A DNA stretch of 64,000 nt from Alphaproteobacteria bacterium. GTDB lineage: Bacteria > Pseudomonadota > Alphaproteobacteria > SP197. The stretch is taken from the NCBI GenBank assembly GCA_965228895.1, contig OZ245842.1, positions 1,184,001-1,248,000 on the forward strand, given 5' to 3'. Position 1 is the first letter of the stretch, and each line of letters starts with the position of its first letter. The translations under genes were made by a program, and so were the position numbers. Below the pieces are notes generated by a model. The model made no database searches. It saw only the letters and a program-made list of their open reading frames with translations, and was not told where the DNA came from. Shown here in pieces: positions 44,504 to 53,096 of this stretch.

Positions 44504-44985
44504 GAATTCAATGCCCAATACGATATTTTTACCTCTTTCGGATAGTGCCGTCGCCGACCATCGGGGGAATTCCTGTTATGCCTCGACGACAGAAAAACGG
44601 AAGTATGCTCTGTATTATCGTTCTGATTCAGCTAGTTAAAGGAGTGGCCAGCACCCACTCGAATTCTTACTACTCCTTTTGGATACCCTATCTACTCGTA
44701 CCAAAGAGGCCTTTCACTATCCGAAGGTAGTACACCTAGATTGGCCGGTATGAAGAGACGGCGGCGAGGAGAAGGAACCGTACCTCGCCGCCGCCCTTGG
44801 TCCGGTCCTGGCGACCGAACCACGCCGGTGTCGTCAACAGCCCGGCGCATTGAATAGGGGGCGCGGCGGGCGTCTCCATGGCAGGTGCAACGCCCGCCGC
44901 CGATAGCGCGCCTCTGTCCAGCCGCGCCATCGCCGCACCGGCCAATGCTCAAAACCGGTGCCGCCGCTGCCACGCAGGGGGCTCA

Positions 44986-45654
44986 TCAGGCAGCGTTCTG
45001 AAGATCGTTCTCATCTTTCGCATCGGCTTCGGCGACCGCCGCGTCGGTCAATCTCTGAGGCCAGTCGCCGACGAGTGGGACGTTCGGGTGTCGCTTGAAG
45101 CGGAGCGCGGTCAAACCTCTGTCGCGTTCCTCGAGCGTGATGAGGTCGGGGCGCTCGAGCAGATCGGCGGCGCACCACGACTTCTGCATTTCGACGAACA
45201 GGTCGACCCGCTCGAGGCGCAACCGCCGTTCCTCGGCTTCCTTCTTGTCGAAATCGGCCAGCGACGTAGCGCCGAACTTTTCCGGGACCCGTTGGGCGAC
45301 ACGCCTACAGGCGATGGCGAAAAGAATCATCGGCGTTGCCGATAGCGCCGCCAGATCCTGCCGCGCGTCATCGTGGCAGTAGAAGCCGACACGATCCCAC
45401 GGCCGGCGCGCGTGCTCGAGACGGCCTTCGATGTCGCGCTCGGCCATCCGCAACGCTGATGCGGCGTCACGGAATTGGCCGCCGTCGATTGCCTCCTCGA
45501 CGGCATCGATCGTCGCCTCGTCAGTGCCGGCGTTGCTGATCGCCTCGACGACGAACGATTGCGCGTCAAGCCGGAGATCGCCCTTCGCTTCGAGTTCCCG
45601 AATGGCGCGCGCGTTCGCGACGGCCCGATCGAGAATCTTGTCGAGCCGGGTCAT
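44986..45654 (-). CDS. hypothetical helical protein
   Basis: 222-aa ORF with ATGA overlap to the upstream ORF. Confidence 0.7.
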   Translation of the reverse strand: MTRLDKILDRAVANARAIRELEAKGDLRLDAQSFVVEAISNAGTDEATIDAVEEAIDGGQFRDAASALRMAERDIEGRLEHARRPWDRVGFYCHDDARQDLAALSATPMILFAIACRRVAQRVPEKFGATSLADFDKKEAEERRLRLERVDLFVEMQKSWCAADLLERPDLITLEERDRGLTALRFKRHPNVPLVGDWPQRLTDAAVAEADAKDENDLQNAA

Positions 45655-45860
45655 GCTGCACTCACTTCGCGTCGGACCTGGATGTCGAACATTTCGCAGA
45701 TCTCGCAGAATGCATCCATTGAGATCACCTCTTTGCGGAGCAGTCGGTCGTGCACGCGGGCGAGTACAGATCGGACCTTCGCCTCGTCATGCCGGTCGAA
45801 CGTGACGAGTTTGCCGTCTTTGACGCACGCCCACGCATAGACATACTTGTTCCTGTTCAT
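45651..45860 (-). CDS. hypothetical protein
   Basis: 69-aa ORF with ATGA overlaps at both ends. Confidence 0.6.
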   Translation of the reverse strand: MNRNKYVYAWACVKDGKLVTFDRHDEAKVRSVLARVHDRLLRKEVISMDAFCEICEMFDIQVRREVSAA

Positions 45861-46339
45861 GCGGCCCTCGAATGCCCGATGTTGACCGCCGCCGCCTCGG
45901 CCAGCGCACGATTCTCTGCCAAGTTGACGATCCGAGCCATGGCCTCATCAAGGCTGATGAGATGCGTCCGATGCTCAACCTCGGCCATCGCCCAGAGCAA
46001 CTGCATTGCGTGCTTGCGGTCCACCTTGTTGGCGGCGTTCTGCGACGCGGAACGAAGATTGATCCTCTTGTGGCTGAGGCGGTTAGGTGCCGACTTGGTC
46101 CTCAGCGTCGCTTTGAAAACTTCCGCCGCCTCAAAGCCGTCTTGGCTGTTGCGGACTACTGTCGACCCGCTGCTGCGCTCATTGTACCGCTCGACCTTGT
46201 CTCGGTTGGCGGGGTTTCGCGTAACAGCCGCCATCGCCTGGCTATACGAAGTGCCGGGGTGCCGGTCGATGTAGGCCCGGATCTCGTCATCGAGATCCTG
46301 GCCTTTGAAGTTGACGAACGTTGCGTTTGTGTAGCTCAT
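45857..46339 (-). CDS. hypothetical protein, possibly scaffold-like
   Basis: Strong GGAGG RBS; motif IRAYIDRHPGTSYSQAMAAV. Confidence 0.65.
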   Translation of the reverse strand: MSYTNATFVNFKGQDLDDEIRAYIDRHPGTSYSQAMAAVTRNPANRDKVERYNERSSGSTVVRNSQDGFEAAEVFKATLRTKSAPNRLSHKRINLRSASQNAANKVDRKHAMQLLWAMAEVEHRTHLISLDEAMARIVNLAENRALAEAAAVNIGHSRAA

Positions 46340-46395
46340 CGGTCTGTCCTCCGTTGAGCGTTGTCAGGTCTCGCCCCTTATGCGGGGCGGCTAGG

Positions 46396-47901
46396 TCACG
46401 GATCCCACGGGTCGCCGCCAAATCTCCCTTCGGCGATCGCGTCAAATGATGATGGAGGTCGCGGCGATACAATCTGCGCTCGATCGAGTTCCCACGGCTC
46501 GCTTGCTGATTTCAGTTCGCCCGCGATGACGACGTTCTCAAAGTCAATGCCGGATGAACGACCGCTCCGGAAAACGAGGTCGATCGCGCCGCTGGCGGCA
46601 TTGCACCGGTCGTCGTGTTCACCTGCCAAGTGGTCGACCTTCTGCCCTCGCCACGTCAGCCCCAAGAACTCTTCAATCAGTTCAGGCTGGTCAAGTAGTT
46701 CAATCTGCCCGGCGTTGAACAGCGGTTCGACGCTCTCATAGAGCATCGACTTCGTCTTGGTGCTCGGACGGTATGTTACGCCGAACTCTGTGAAAGCTAC
46801 CTTGAAGGTCTCGCCTCCAAACCTGTCACCGACGACCGAATACAGTTCGTACTCGTTCAGGAGACTGGCGAACTTCCGGACCGCGGATGTCGGGTCAAAC
46901 GGCGGCCGGCCCGATTGTGTTTCGCAAAGGTCGAGAACGGCACGACCGGTGTTTTCGTCGAAGTGGGCGACGGCAAGCGCAGCACTGTCATTTGAGCCGC
47001 CGCTCATGTCGACGAAAGCCCTGTGGCGCACGCCCTCTCGTTGTGGCAGACGCTTGCGTCCGGACACGACAGAATCAAGGACGGTGGTCGCGTCGAGGAA
47101 GGCACCATCCGGCTGACCACCCTCGTTCAGGTGCAACCGACGAAACTTGTGGGACGGCAACCTGCGGCGCTGCTGTTCGATGTACCGCTCTGTGACGATG
47201 GGACTCGGATTGGCCCGCCGCCATGGCTCGATGTCATCACCTGCGAAGTCAGGGTTGCTCGTGAAGCTGCTCGAGTACCATGCGAAGTAGAACCGCTCGT
47301 CGTCGCCGCGCTTGCCCGCCTCGATCAGGTCATGCAAGGGAATACCCGAGCGACTTACCATGGGCGCGTAGCTCGCGAACAGTTCCATCATGTCAGGACG
47401 TGAGGGGTCGCGCGCCATTCCTTCGAGCACAGAGTAGTCACGCCAACCATGGCATTCGTCGTACGCGTTGGTGTGGCTCGATTTGCCGTGCATTCCAATC
47501 GTGTCTTGTCCGGGCAGGACCGAGAGCAAACCCGCACCATCTCGACGCTCGATTTCCTTCTTGCGCACGACAAGCTCACGTTTCAGGACCGGATTCACCG
47601 CGATGATGCGCTTCAAGAGCTTGAGGTCGTCGCCGGCCTGCTGTTCGTCGTTGGCGATGATGAAGCTGTCGACACCTTGCGGCGGCACTGGCGTTGCGAG
47701 GAACCGGTACAACATGCCCAGCACGATGAAAGTGCTTTTGAAGTTCTTTTTGCCGCTACCGTACAGCACGCGGTCAAACCGTCCCGACAGCGCCTCACTC
47801 AGATGGTGCAGGACGTGCGGCGGCAGTGCGTCGGGCAGTGGATTCTGGTCGAGCCATCGCAGCCAGGAGAAGAACGTGAGAGGGTCGACCGTGCTCGTCA
47901 T
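46396..47901 (-). CDS. terminase large subunit-like protein
   Basis: Walker A variant GKKNFKS, Walker B AYDECHG, NPS, RNase H-like FVDMSGG...VVGD...HDD; ATGA-coupled to the upstream gene. Confidence 0.8.
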   Translation of the reverse strand: MTSTVDPLTFFSWLRWLDQNPLPDALPPHVLHHLSEALSGRFDRVLYGSGKKNFKSTFIVLGMLYRFLATPVPPQGVDSFIIANDEQQAGDDLKLLKRIIAVNPVLKRELVVRKKEIERRDGAGLLSVLPGQDTIGMHGKSSHTNAYDECHGWRDYSVLEGMARDPSRPDMMELFASYAPMVSRSGIPLHDLIEAGKRGDDERFYFAWYSSSFTSNPDFAGDDIEPWRRANPSPIVTERYIEQQRRRLPSHKFRRLHLNEGGQPDGAFLDATTVLDSVVSGRKRLPQREGVRHRAFVDMSGGSNDSAALAVAHFDENTGRAVLDLCETQSGRPPFDPTSAVRKFASLLNEYELYSVVGDRFGGETFKVAFTEFGVTYRPSTKTKSMLYESVEPLFNAGQIELLDQPELIEEFLGLTWRGQKVDHLAGEHDDRCNAASGAIDLVFRSGRSSGIDFENVVIAGELKSASEPWELDRAQIVSPRPPSSFDAIAEGRFGGDPWDP

Positions 47902-48296
47902 GCTGCCTTGTCTCCACCCGCGGCGATCAAGTCGGCCAAGGTGGGCTCGACGGTCCGAGGAATGCGGCGCAAACCCAAACGGCTCAGCACTCTGCACTGA
48001 ATCGAAACTAATGCGCACAGGTTCGGGATATCGACGGGCCGTCCCTCACACACGGCAAGCTCGAGGTCGCTGCACAGCACGGACAGACTGGCAGCCCGTT
48101 TTGCTAGCTCGACCTGTGCTGTCGATGCCAGGTCGCGACCACCAAGGTCCGTGAGCACGGCGTCCAGCACTGCCGCGTAGTGCCTGCTCCGGCGAGTCCG
48201 CATGTCCAAGCTGCCGATGAACGACTCAACCTGCTCGCCAACGCTTCTGCATTCGGACTGCATCACTTTGGCATCTGCGCCGTTTTCGCCGGACAA
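47898..48296 (-). CDS. terminase small subunit-like protein
   Basis: Helical ~130 aa, directly upstream of and coupled to TerL, C-terminal LGL...R like P27-type TerS; start uncertain. Confidence 0.55.
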   Translation of the reverse strand: MSGENGADAKVMQSECRSVGEQVESFIGSLDMRTRRSRHYAAVLDAVLTDLGGRDLASTAQVELAKRAASLSVLCSDLELAVCEGRPVDIPNLCALVSIQCRVLSRLGLRRIPRTVEPTLADLIAAGGDKAA

Positions 48297-48527
48297 TTTT
48301 GCTTACTCCCGACCTGCCGCCCAAACCCGCAGTCTGTGGCGATCTCGTTATCGCAGTGTTATCGCACTTCATGCAAATCCGCATATTTCTGCGGAAAATT
48401 GCCCTAGATCCGCTGATACATTATCAGACGTTTTGCCGAATGACCAAGAGCCAACGTCCAAACAATCCCCATCTGTCGAGCCATACAGAAAATCTCGCAT
48501 GTGCAAGGACGCGGCCGTGGGCGCTCA

Positions 48528-48944
48528 TCACTTCTTTTTCTGGGAGTCAGTCGGAGGCGGCATGTACGGGCGGCCGGCTGCCTCAAGTCCCCACTGAGAC
48601 CAGCCCGGGACAGGCTCGACACGACCGACCAACACGCGACCCTTGCCGACGCCTCCCATTGGAAACTTACCGCCCATGTAGACGTTGCCAGCCTCGTCAA
48701 TGAACTGGGATTCAGCCGTCATTATCTGTGACGTGCTTCGACCTGTTGCCTCGGCCTTTCCCCTCACGGCCTCCCAGTAGCGTTTGCGGTGTTGCTCGAT
48801 ATCGGAATCGAAGTCGCGGCCACTATCTCTTGCCCGCTTGGCGCGCTGGCGACATGTGCTGGAGCAATAGACCGCATCACGCCTCTTCGGTCTGAACTTC
48901 TTCTCACACACCACGCAGGTCACGGCTCGTAACGGCTTGTTCAT
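48528..48944 (-). CDS. Zn-finger hypothetical protein
   Basis: CVVC...YCSSTCRQRA.R. Confidence 0.65.
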   Translation of the reverse strand: MNKPLRAVTCVVCEKKFRPKRRDAVYCSSTCRQRAKRARDSGRDFDSDIEQHRKRYWEAVRGKAEATGRSTSQIMTAESQFIDEAGNVYMGGKFPMGGVGKGRVLVGRVEPVPGWSQWGLEAAGRPYMPPPTDSQKKK

Positions 48945-49156
48945 ATGTTGTCCTCCAATTGGGATTCGACCGTCGTCAAGTAGGCCTCGACCCGCTGCCG
49001 TAGAGGGTCGCTGGGATGCAGTCGGTCACGATTATCGACAAGGAAGCTGCGCCAGGCCTGCAGGTCGATGTTCGGATTCTCATCAAGCTGCTGTCTCAGG
49101 TCATCAATGACTGAGTCGAGGCCGCGCGACTGATTGAATGGTTGATGGTCGTTCAT
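48941..49156 (-). CDS. hypothetical protein
   Basis: Short ORF coupled to the downstream gene; start uncertain. Confidence 0.5.
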   Translation of the reverse strand: MNDHQPFNQSRGLDSVIDDLRQQLDENPNIDLQAWRSFLVDNRDRLHPSDPLRQRVEAYLTTVESQLEDNI

Positions 49157-49186
49157 GAAACTGAACCACTCTTGGTAGACTACACA

Positions 49187-49319
49187 GTGACTCAATTATT
49201 GCGTCCGTGATTTGCCCGGAAATGGCAAAACGGACGCATTCTTTGAGTCCGTGGCCTGCTTTGGTTTGGGCTTTCGGACGCAATTTTTGCGTCTGTCGGA
49301 CGCAATTTTTGAGTCCGTG
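49187..49319. repeat. four palindromic iterons (putative replication origin)
   Basis: Units at 49187, 49231, 49275, 49297, consensus cgGAC(G/T)CA-N5-TG(A/C)GTCcGT; spacing 44/44/22 bp. Confidence 0.8.
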
Positions 49320-49699
49320 TTCTGTTTTTGCCAACGCATGAAGTCCTTCGTCGGTTGCTCGCCGTTGACCGAGAACATGGTCAATTCGTAGAACGATGGT
49401 TCTTTGTCTTTGACGCTGAACGACGCCTTTTTCGTGCATTTGATGAAGCCGTGCGCTTCGAGACCAGCGATGCGCTTACGGGCGGTGTTGAATGCACAGT
49501 TGGTGCGTTGTGCTGCTTGCCTGGCGGTCAGAGGTATGTGCCCGTTGTTTTGCGGGTTGTAGCGAAGCATCAGTTCGACGAGGAGATCGCGCTCACCCGA
49601 ACTCAGGTCTCGATATGCCTCAGATTCCAGGAGCCACCTGTCGAGCTTGACGAACTTGTTGTTCGGGTTCCATGTCGACCGATTTCGGCGTTTGGCCAT
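49196..49699 (-). CDS. winged-HTH protein, putative replication initiator
   Basis: FVKL...L.SEAYRDLS, NNG.I, HTH ...L...GFI; iterons lie in its 3' end. Confidence 0.7.
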   Translation of the reverse strand: MAKRRNRSTWNPNNKFVKLDRWLLESEAYRDLSSGERDLLVELMLRYNPQNNGHIPLTARQAAQRTNCAFNTARKRIAGLEAHGFIKCTKKASFSVKDKEPSFYELTMFSVNGEQPTKDFMRWQKQNTDSKIASDRRKNCVRKPKPKQATDSKNASVLPFPGKSRTQ

Positions 49700-49768
49700 T
49701 GCTACGCCCGGCCGCGGGAGATAGAATCCCGCTTCGCATCTGTTGCTGAATCGTCATCGATTCGAGAG

Positions 49769-49798
49769 GGGCTGCCACCGGCTAGGGCAGCCCTTTTT
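49769..49798 (+). terminator. intrinsic-terminator-like hairpin antisense to the element operon
   Basis: GGGCTGCC-N9-GGCAGCCC-TTTTT. Confidence 0.5.
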
Positions 49799-49884
49799 GC
49801 ATCTTGCATCCGGCATCACCGCACCTTTGGGTTTGGCTTGTCTCGGCACGCGCGAACAGCGCGGCCGGCAGGTCGGCGCAACGA

Positions 49885-50100
49885 TCACGCCGCTTCGGTC
49901 TCTTGGGCGCGCTTCTTGAGCAGTTCGATATAGCGAAGGCATTCGGAAATCGGCGTCCTGAGCGCATTGCCGATGAGAACCGGTTGCGGATAGTCCGGAT
50001 CTGTCCGGCGAAGTCGCCAATCGGTCGTCGTGCTGATTCCGAACAGCCGGCACTTCTCACGGTTCGAAAGCATCCGCTGTTCGTCGATTGTGTTTTCCAC
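49885..50100 (-). CDS. AlpA/excisionase-like DNA-binding protein
   Basis: GIS.TT.WR.....DYPQPV.IG; AAGGA RBS before GTG; downstream of the integrase. Confidence 0.72.
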   Translation of the reverse strand: MENTIDEQRMLSNREKCRLFGISTTTDWRLRRTDPDYPQPVLIGNALRTPISECLRYIELLKKRAQETEAA

Positions 50101-50443
50101 AGTGCCTGTCCTTTCAAGGTGTTGCTTCCCCTTAAAAGCGTGGCAGAATCTGCGGCCATGGGAAGTCGCTCTGACACGTCGGGAAAACTGCCGTTTTCGA
50201 TCGATGCGGACAAAGTTGTCCACGTCGTCAATCGCGTGTTCGACGTGTCGAGCAGGCACGTGCAGCGCATCCTTGACGAACAGTCAAAGGGCGAACGCGC
50301 GCCCGTGTTTCACGTGCAAGATGGGACGACTCAGGCCAATAGCATTGTCGGCGACTGGTTTGCCTATTCGCGCCAGACCGTCGCCAGGACCGCCGAGCGT
50401 CGAGAGACGTTCGCCCAAAACTACGGCGGTCAGACCATCAAGC

Positions 50444-51673
50444 TCATCTGAGTTTCCGGACACCCTCTGGCGCGACGATGCGCTCGAGCGAATCGGCCCA
50501 AATCTCAATCGCTGACGCGAGTTCACTGCGATAATCGAAATGGTCATATTGCGCGCCGCTGCCTCTGGCGGGCGCATGGTCGAGTAGCATGTCGCGCAAA
50601 TGTGGCTGGACGCCAAGAGCGGCGAGGCGGGTCTCGACGGTATGCCGGATTGCATGAAAATGAAAATCCGCGATGCCTGACTTTTCGATGATCAGACGTT
50701 GCAGTGACGAGCCGGGGTCGAGCGGCTTGGCCTTGTGCCTGCCGACGAAAACGTAGCCGTTGCCCTCGCGGCGCGTCAGTCCCGCGATGACCCTCTGCGC
50801 CAGCGGCGGCAGCGTCGTCGTGTGCGTCCGCTTGTTCGGCGCGGTGTCACCGGTGGGCGTCCACACGCCGTCGTCGACGTCATCCCATCGCATCGAGGCC
50901 AGCGCACCCTTGCGCTTGCCGAGCAGAATTAGCGTTTTGAGGAATGCCGACTTGTACTTGTCGAGGTCGCTGCCTTCCGCGAGTTCGTCGGCAACACGCC
51001 AAAGAACCTGCAGTTCGCCATCGGTGAAAACTCTCGCGCGCGGACGCTCGCCGTCGAAGGGTCGCAGAACAGTTGTCATCGGGTCGACGAGAACCTTGTC
51101 GCGACTGAGACACCATCGAAAGAAAACGCGATAGGCGCTCCAAGCACGATTGGCCGCGTAGCCTTTGCCCTCGGCCATAAGGCCGTCGAGAACGGTGAGA
51201 ACATCGCGCTTGGTGATGGCACCGACCGGACGGTTCAACCACTTCTTCTGACGTTTGAGGATGCGGTCGGATTCTGCCCAAGTCCGATTGTTCTTCTTTG
51301 CCTTGGCGAACTTCTCGATGAAATCGTCGACCGCATCCTCGAAGGTTTCGCTCTGCGCCTTCTTGGCAATCTCGACTTCAGCCGGGTCTAGTTTCTGGAC
51401 CCGTACCATTCTGTAGATTTCATCAGCCTTGTCTCGCGCGGCACGGATCGGCACTGACGGAAACCTGCCCAGCCCCTTGGCGACAAGCCGGGTAGTCACG
51501 GGACTGCGATACCAGATCACCCAACTCTTGACGCCTGACGGGCTGATCCGAAGTGCAAAGCCTGGCGTCGCGGCCGGCGAGTCCTCGTAGTACACAGCCG
51601 GTTCCTTCAACGCGCGAAGAGTGCGATCGGTAAACTTCACCCTGGGGCTTGGTTCTCTCTTCTTTCGTGCCAT
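50444..51673 (-). CDS. tyrosine integrase with arm-DNA-binding domain (P4-like)
   Basis: PGFALRI...G.KSW, LGRFP; catalytic R (LGKR), HAIR, H (LDH), Y (QYD). Confidence 0.93.
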   Translation of the reverse strand: MARKKREPSPRVKFTDRTLRALKEPAVYYEDSPAATPGFALRISPSGVKSWVIWYRSPVTTRLVAKGLGRFPSVPIRAARDKADEIYRMVRVQKLDPAEVEIAKKAQSETFEDAVDDFIEKFAKAKKNNRTWAESDRILKRQKKWLNRPVGAITKRDVLTVLDGLMAEGKGYAANRAWSAYRVFFRWCLSRDKVLVDPMTTVLRPFDGERPRARVFTDGELQVLWRVADELAEGSDLDKYKSAFLKTLILLGKRKGALASMRWDDVDDGVWTPTGDTAPNKRTHTTTLPPLAQRVIAGLTRREGNGYVFVGRHKAKPLDPGSSLQRLIIEKSGIADFHFHAIRHTVETRLAALGVQPHLRDMLLDHAPARGSGAQYDHFDYRSELASAIEIWADSLERIVAPEGVRKLR

Positions 51674-51685
51674 CAGGCGGTCTCC

Positions 51686-51705
51686 AAGATAACACCGAAA
51701 TAACA
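51686..51705 (+). repeat. putative integrase arm-type site (right)
   Basis: AAGATAACACCGAAATAACA, 18/20 identical to 42250-42269; abuts the integrase RBS. Confidence 0.7.
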
Positions 51706-51824
51706 GAATGACGAAATTAGGGGAAAAACGGTGAAACAGATTGAACCGCAGAATCCCAAGGGTTTCAAGGGCTATTGGTGTTCTATGCGTTTCAGGTGAT
51801 TGCGCAGAATTGCGCGGTCGTCTC

Positions 51825-51873
51825 ACTCTTAATCAGCGGGTCACAGGTTCGAATCCTGTACGGCCCACCAATT
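51825..51873 (+). repeat. attR core (3' part of tRNA-Lys)
   Basis: 49-bp perfect copy of 42138-42186; the 5' tRNA half is absent. Confidence 0.95.
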
Positions 51874-52245
51874 ACATCAATGACTTAGATGGCGTCCTAG
51901 AAGGAACTCGTCGGGAACGAGTTGAACGTGAGCTCATCCGACGACGATTCCGACAGCAAGAAATCCGACTATAATGATGGGAAGACGTAAGAGGACCTGA
52001 TCGTCTCTGCCGGCGTTTCGCTTCCCAATCCTGCTTCTGCACATAGGCGCTGCCGCCATCGCCGCCTTTTGCGGAGGACGGAGCTTCTTTCCGCGGCGTT
52101 GTCGAGTTATCAATGGCAAAACTCCAACATTCAGGAATGGCCGTTGGAGCGGTATCGGCTCGGCTAAACCTAATGGACAGAAAGTCTGCCGTAATGCACC
52201 AGGAAGTACTTTGGTGCGGCGGTGGTGCGACGTATCATCAGCAAC

Positions 52246-52959
52246 ATGACAAGGTGCACAGCCCCAAAACGTGGTCATCGCACGGCCAGCGGCCGAGCGA
52301 ACTGCCCCAGATGCGGTGGCCGTGGCGGCTATGGTGGTGGCTACGTGTCGTACACGACACCGGCCTACCGCCCGTCGCGCGGCGGCGGGAGTGGCCAGCG
52401 CATTGTCAGCGGGTCCGGCGGCGGCGCACGGTCCGGCGGCAGATCAAAGGCAAGCTGGTCGCGAGCAGGGTCCACCGTAACTTACACACCTGCCCAGATA
52501 CGGACACTCGAACCGGTCCGCCGCACCGTCGAGGTGAGAGCGCGTGAACCTGACCTTCGGGACGTCTTTCTATGCCATGCGTGGGACGACAGGAAAGGGG
52601 CTGCCAAGGAACTGTACGCCCTACTCCAATCGCTCGGTGTCTCGGTCTGGTTCAGCGAGCAGGACGTTCCCCTTGGCACGCCGTTGCTCCGCGAAATCGA
52701 CAGAGGACTGGCCAGGTCACGCGTCGGGATCGTATTGGTGACGCCCAATCTGCTGAGTCGTCTTGAAGGAGAGAGCATCGCCGACAAGGAGCTTTCGGTG
52801 CTCCTGCAGCGTGACTTACTCGTCCCCGTCGTGCACGACACGACGTATGAAGATCTCCGCGAAGTTAGCCCCATGCTCGCCTCGCGAAGCGGGTTGAGCA
52901 CTGCAGAAGAGACGATGCCAAACGTAGCGGCCAAGCTCGCCGAACTGGTCGACGTTTAA
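52246..52959 (+). CDS. TIR-domain protein with N-terminal Cys/His motif
   Basis: DVFLCHAWDD, GVSVWF.E, IDRGL..SR.GIVLVT, KEL. Confidence 0.85.
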   Translation: MTRCTAPKRGHRTASGRANCPRCGGRGGYGGGYVSYTTPAYRPSRGGGSGQRIVSGSGGGARSGGRSKASWSRAGSTVTYTPAQIRTLEPVRRTVEVRAREPDLRDVFLCHAWDDRKGAAKELYALLQSLGVSVWFSEQDVPLGTPLLREIDRGLARSRVGIVLVTPNLLSRLEGESIADKELSVLLQRDLLVPVVHDTTYEDLREVSPMLASRSGLSTAEETMPNVAAKLAELVDV

Positions 52960-53096
52960 CTTCGTTACCGTGGTGGCCGTGCCGGTGTCGCACGGGCGCG
53001 CCGGTGCAACCCTCCTGTGCGCTGCCGCATCGCTGTTGGCAATACTCCAATGTTCCGGTTTGGCCAGTTACTGACCGTTCTGTCGAATGGAGGGGT

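Noticed and set aside
44530-44729. Retron msr/msd (flanking inverted repeats)
   Set aside because: No reverse transcriptase ORF in the window
49187-49319. Mini CRISPR array
   Set aside because: Units are degenerate, two abut with no spacer, they lie in a CDS, and no cas operon is present; iterons fit better
42187-51824. Complete prophage or cf-PICI
   Set aside because: No recognisable portal, major capsid, head-tail, tail or lysis genes, and no room for them
51825-51873. Second tRNA-Lys gene
   Set aside because: Only the anticodon loop to CCA is present; it is attR
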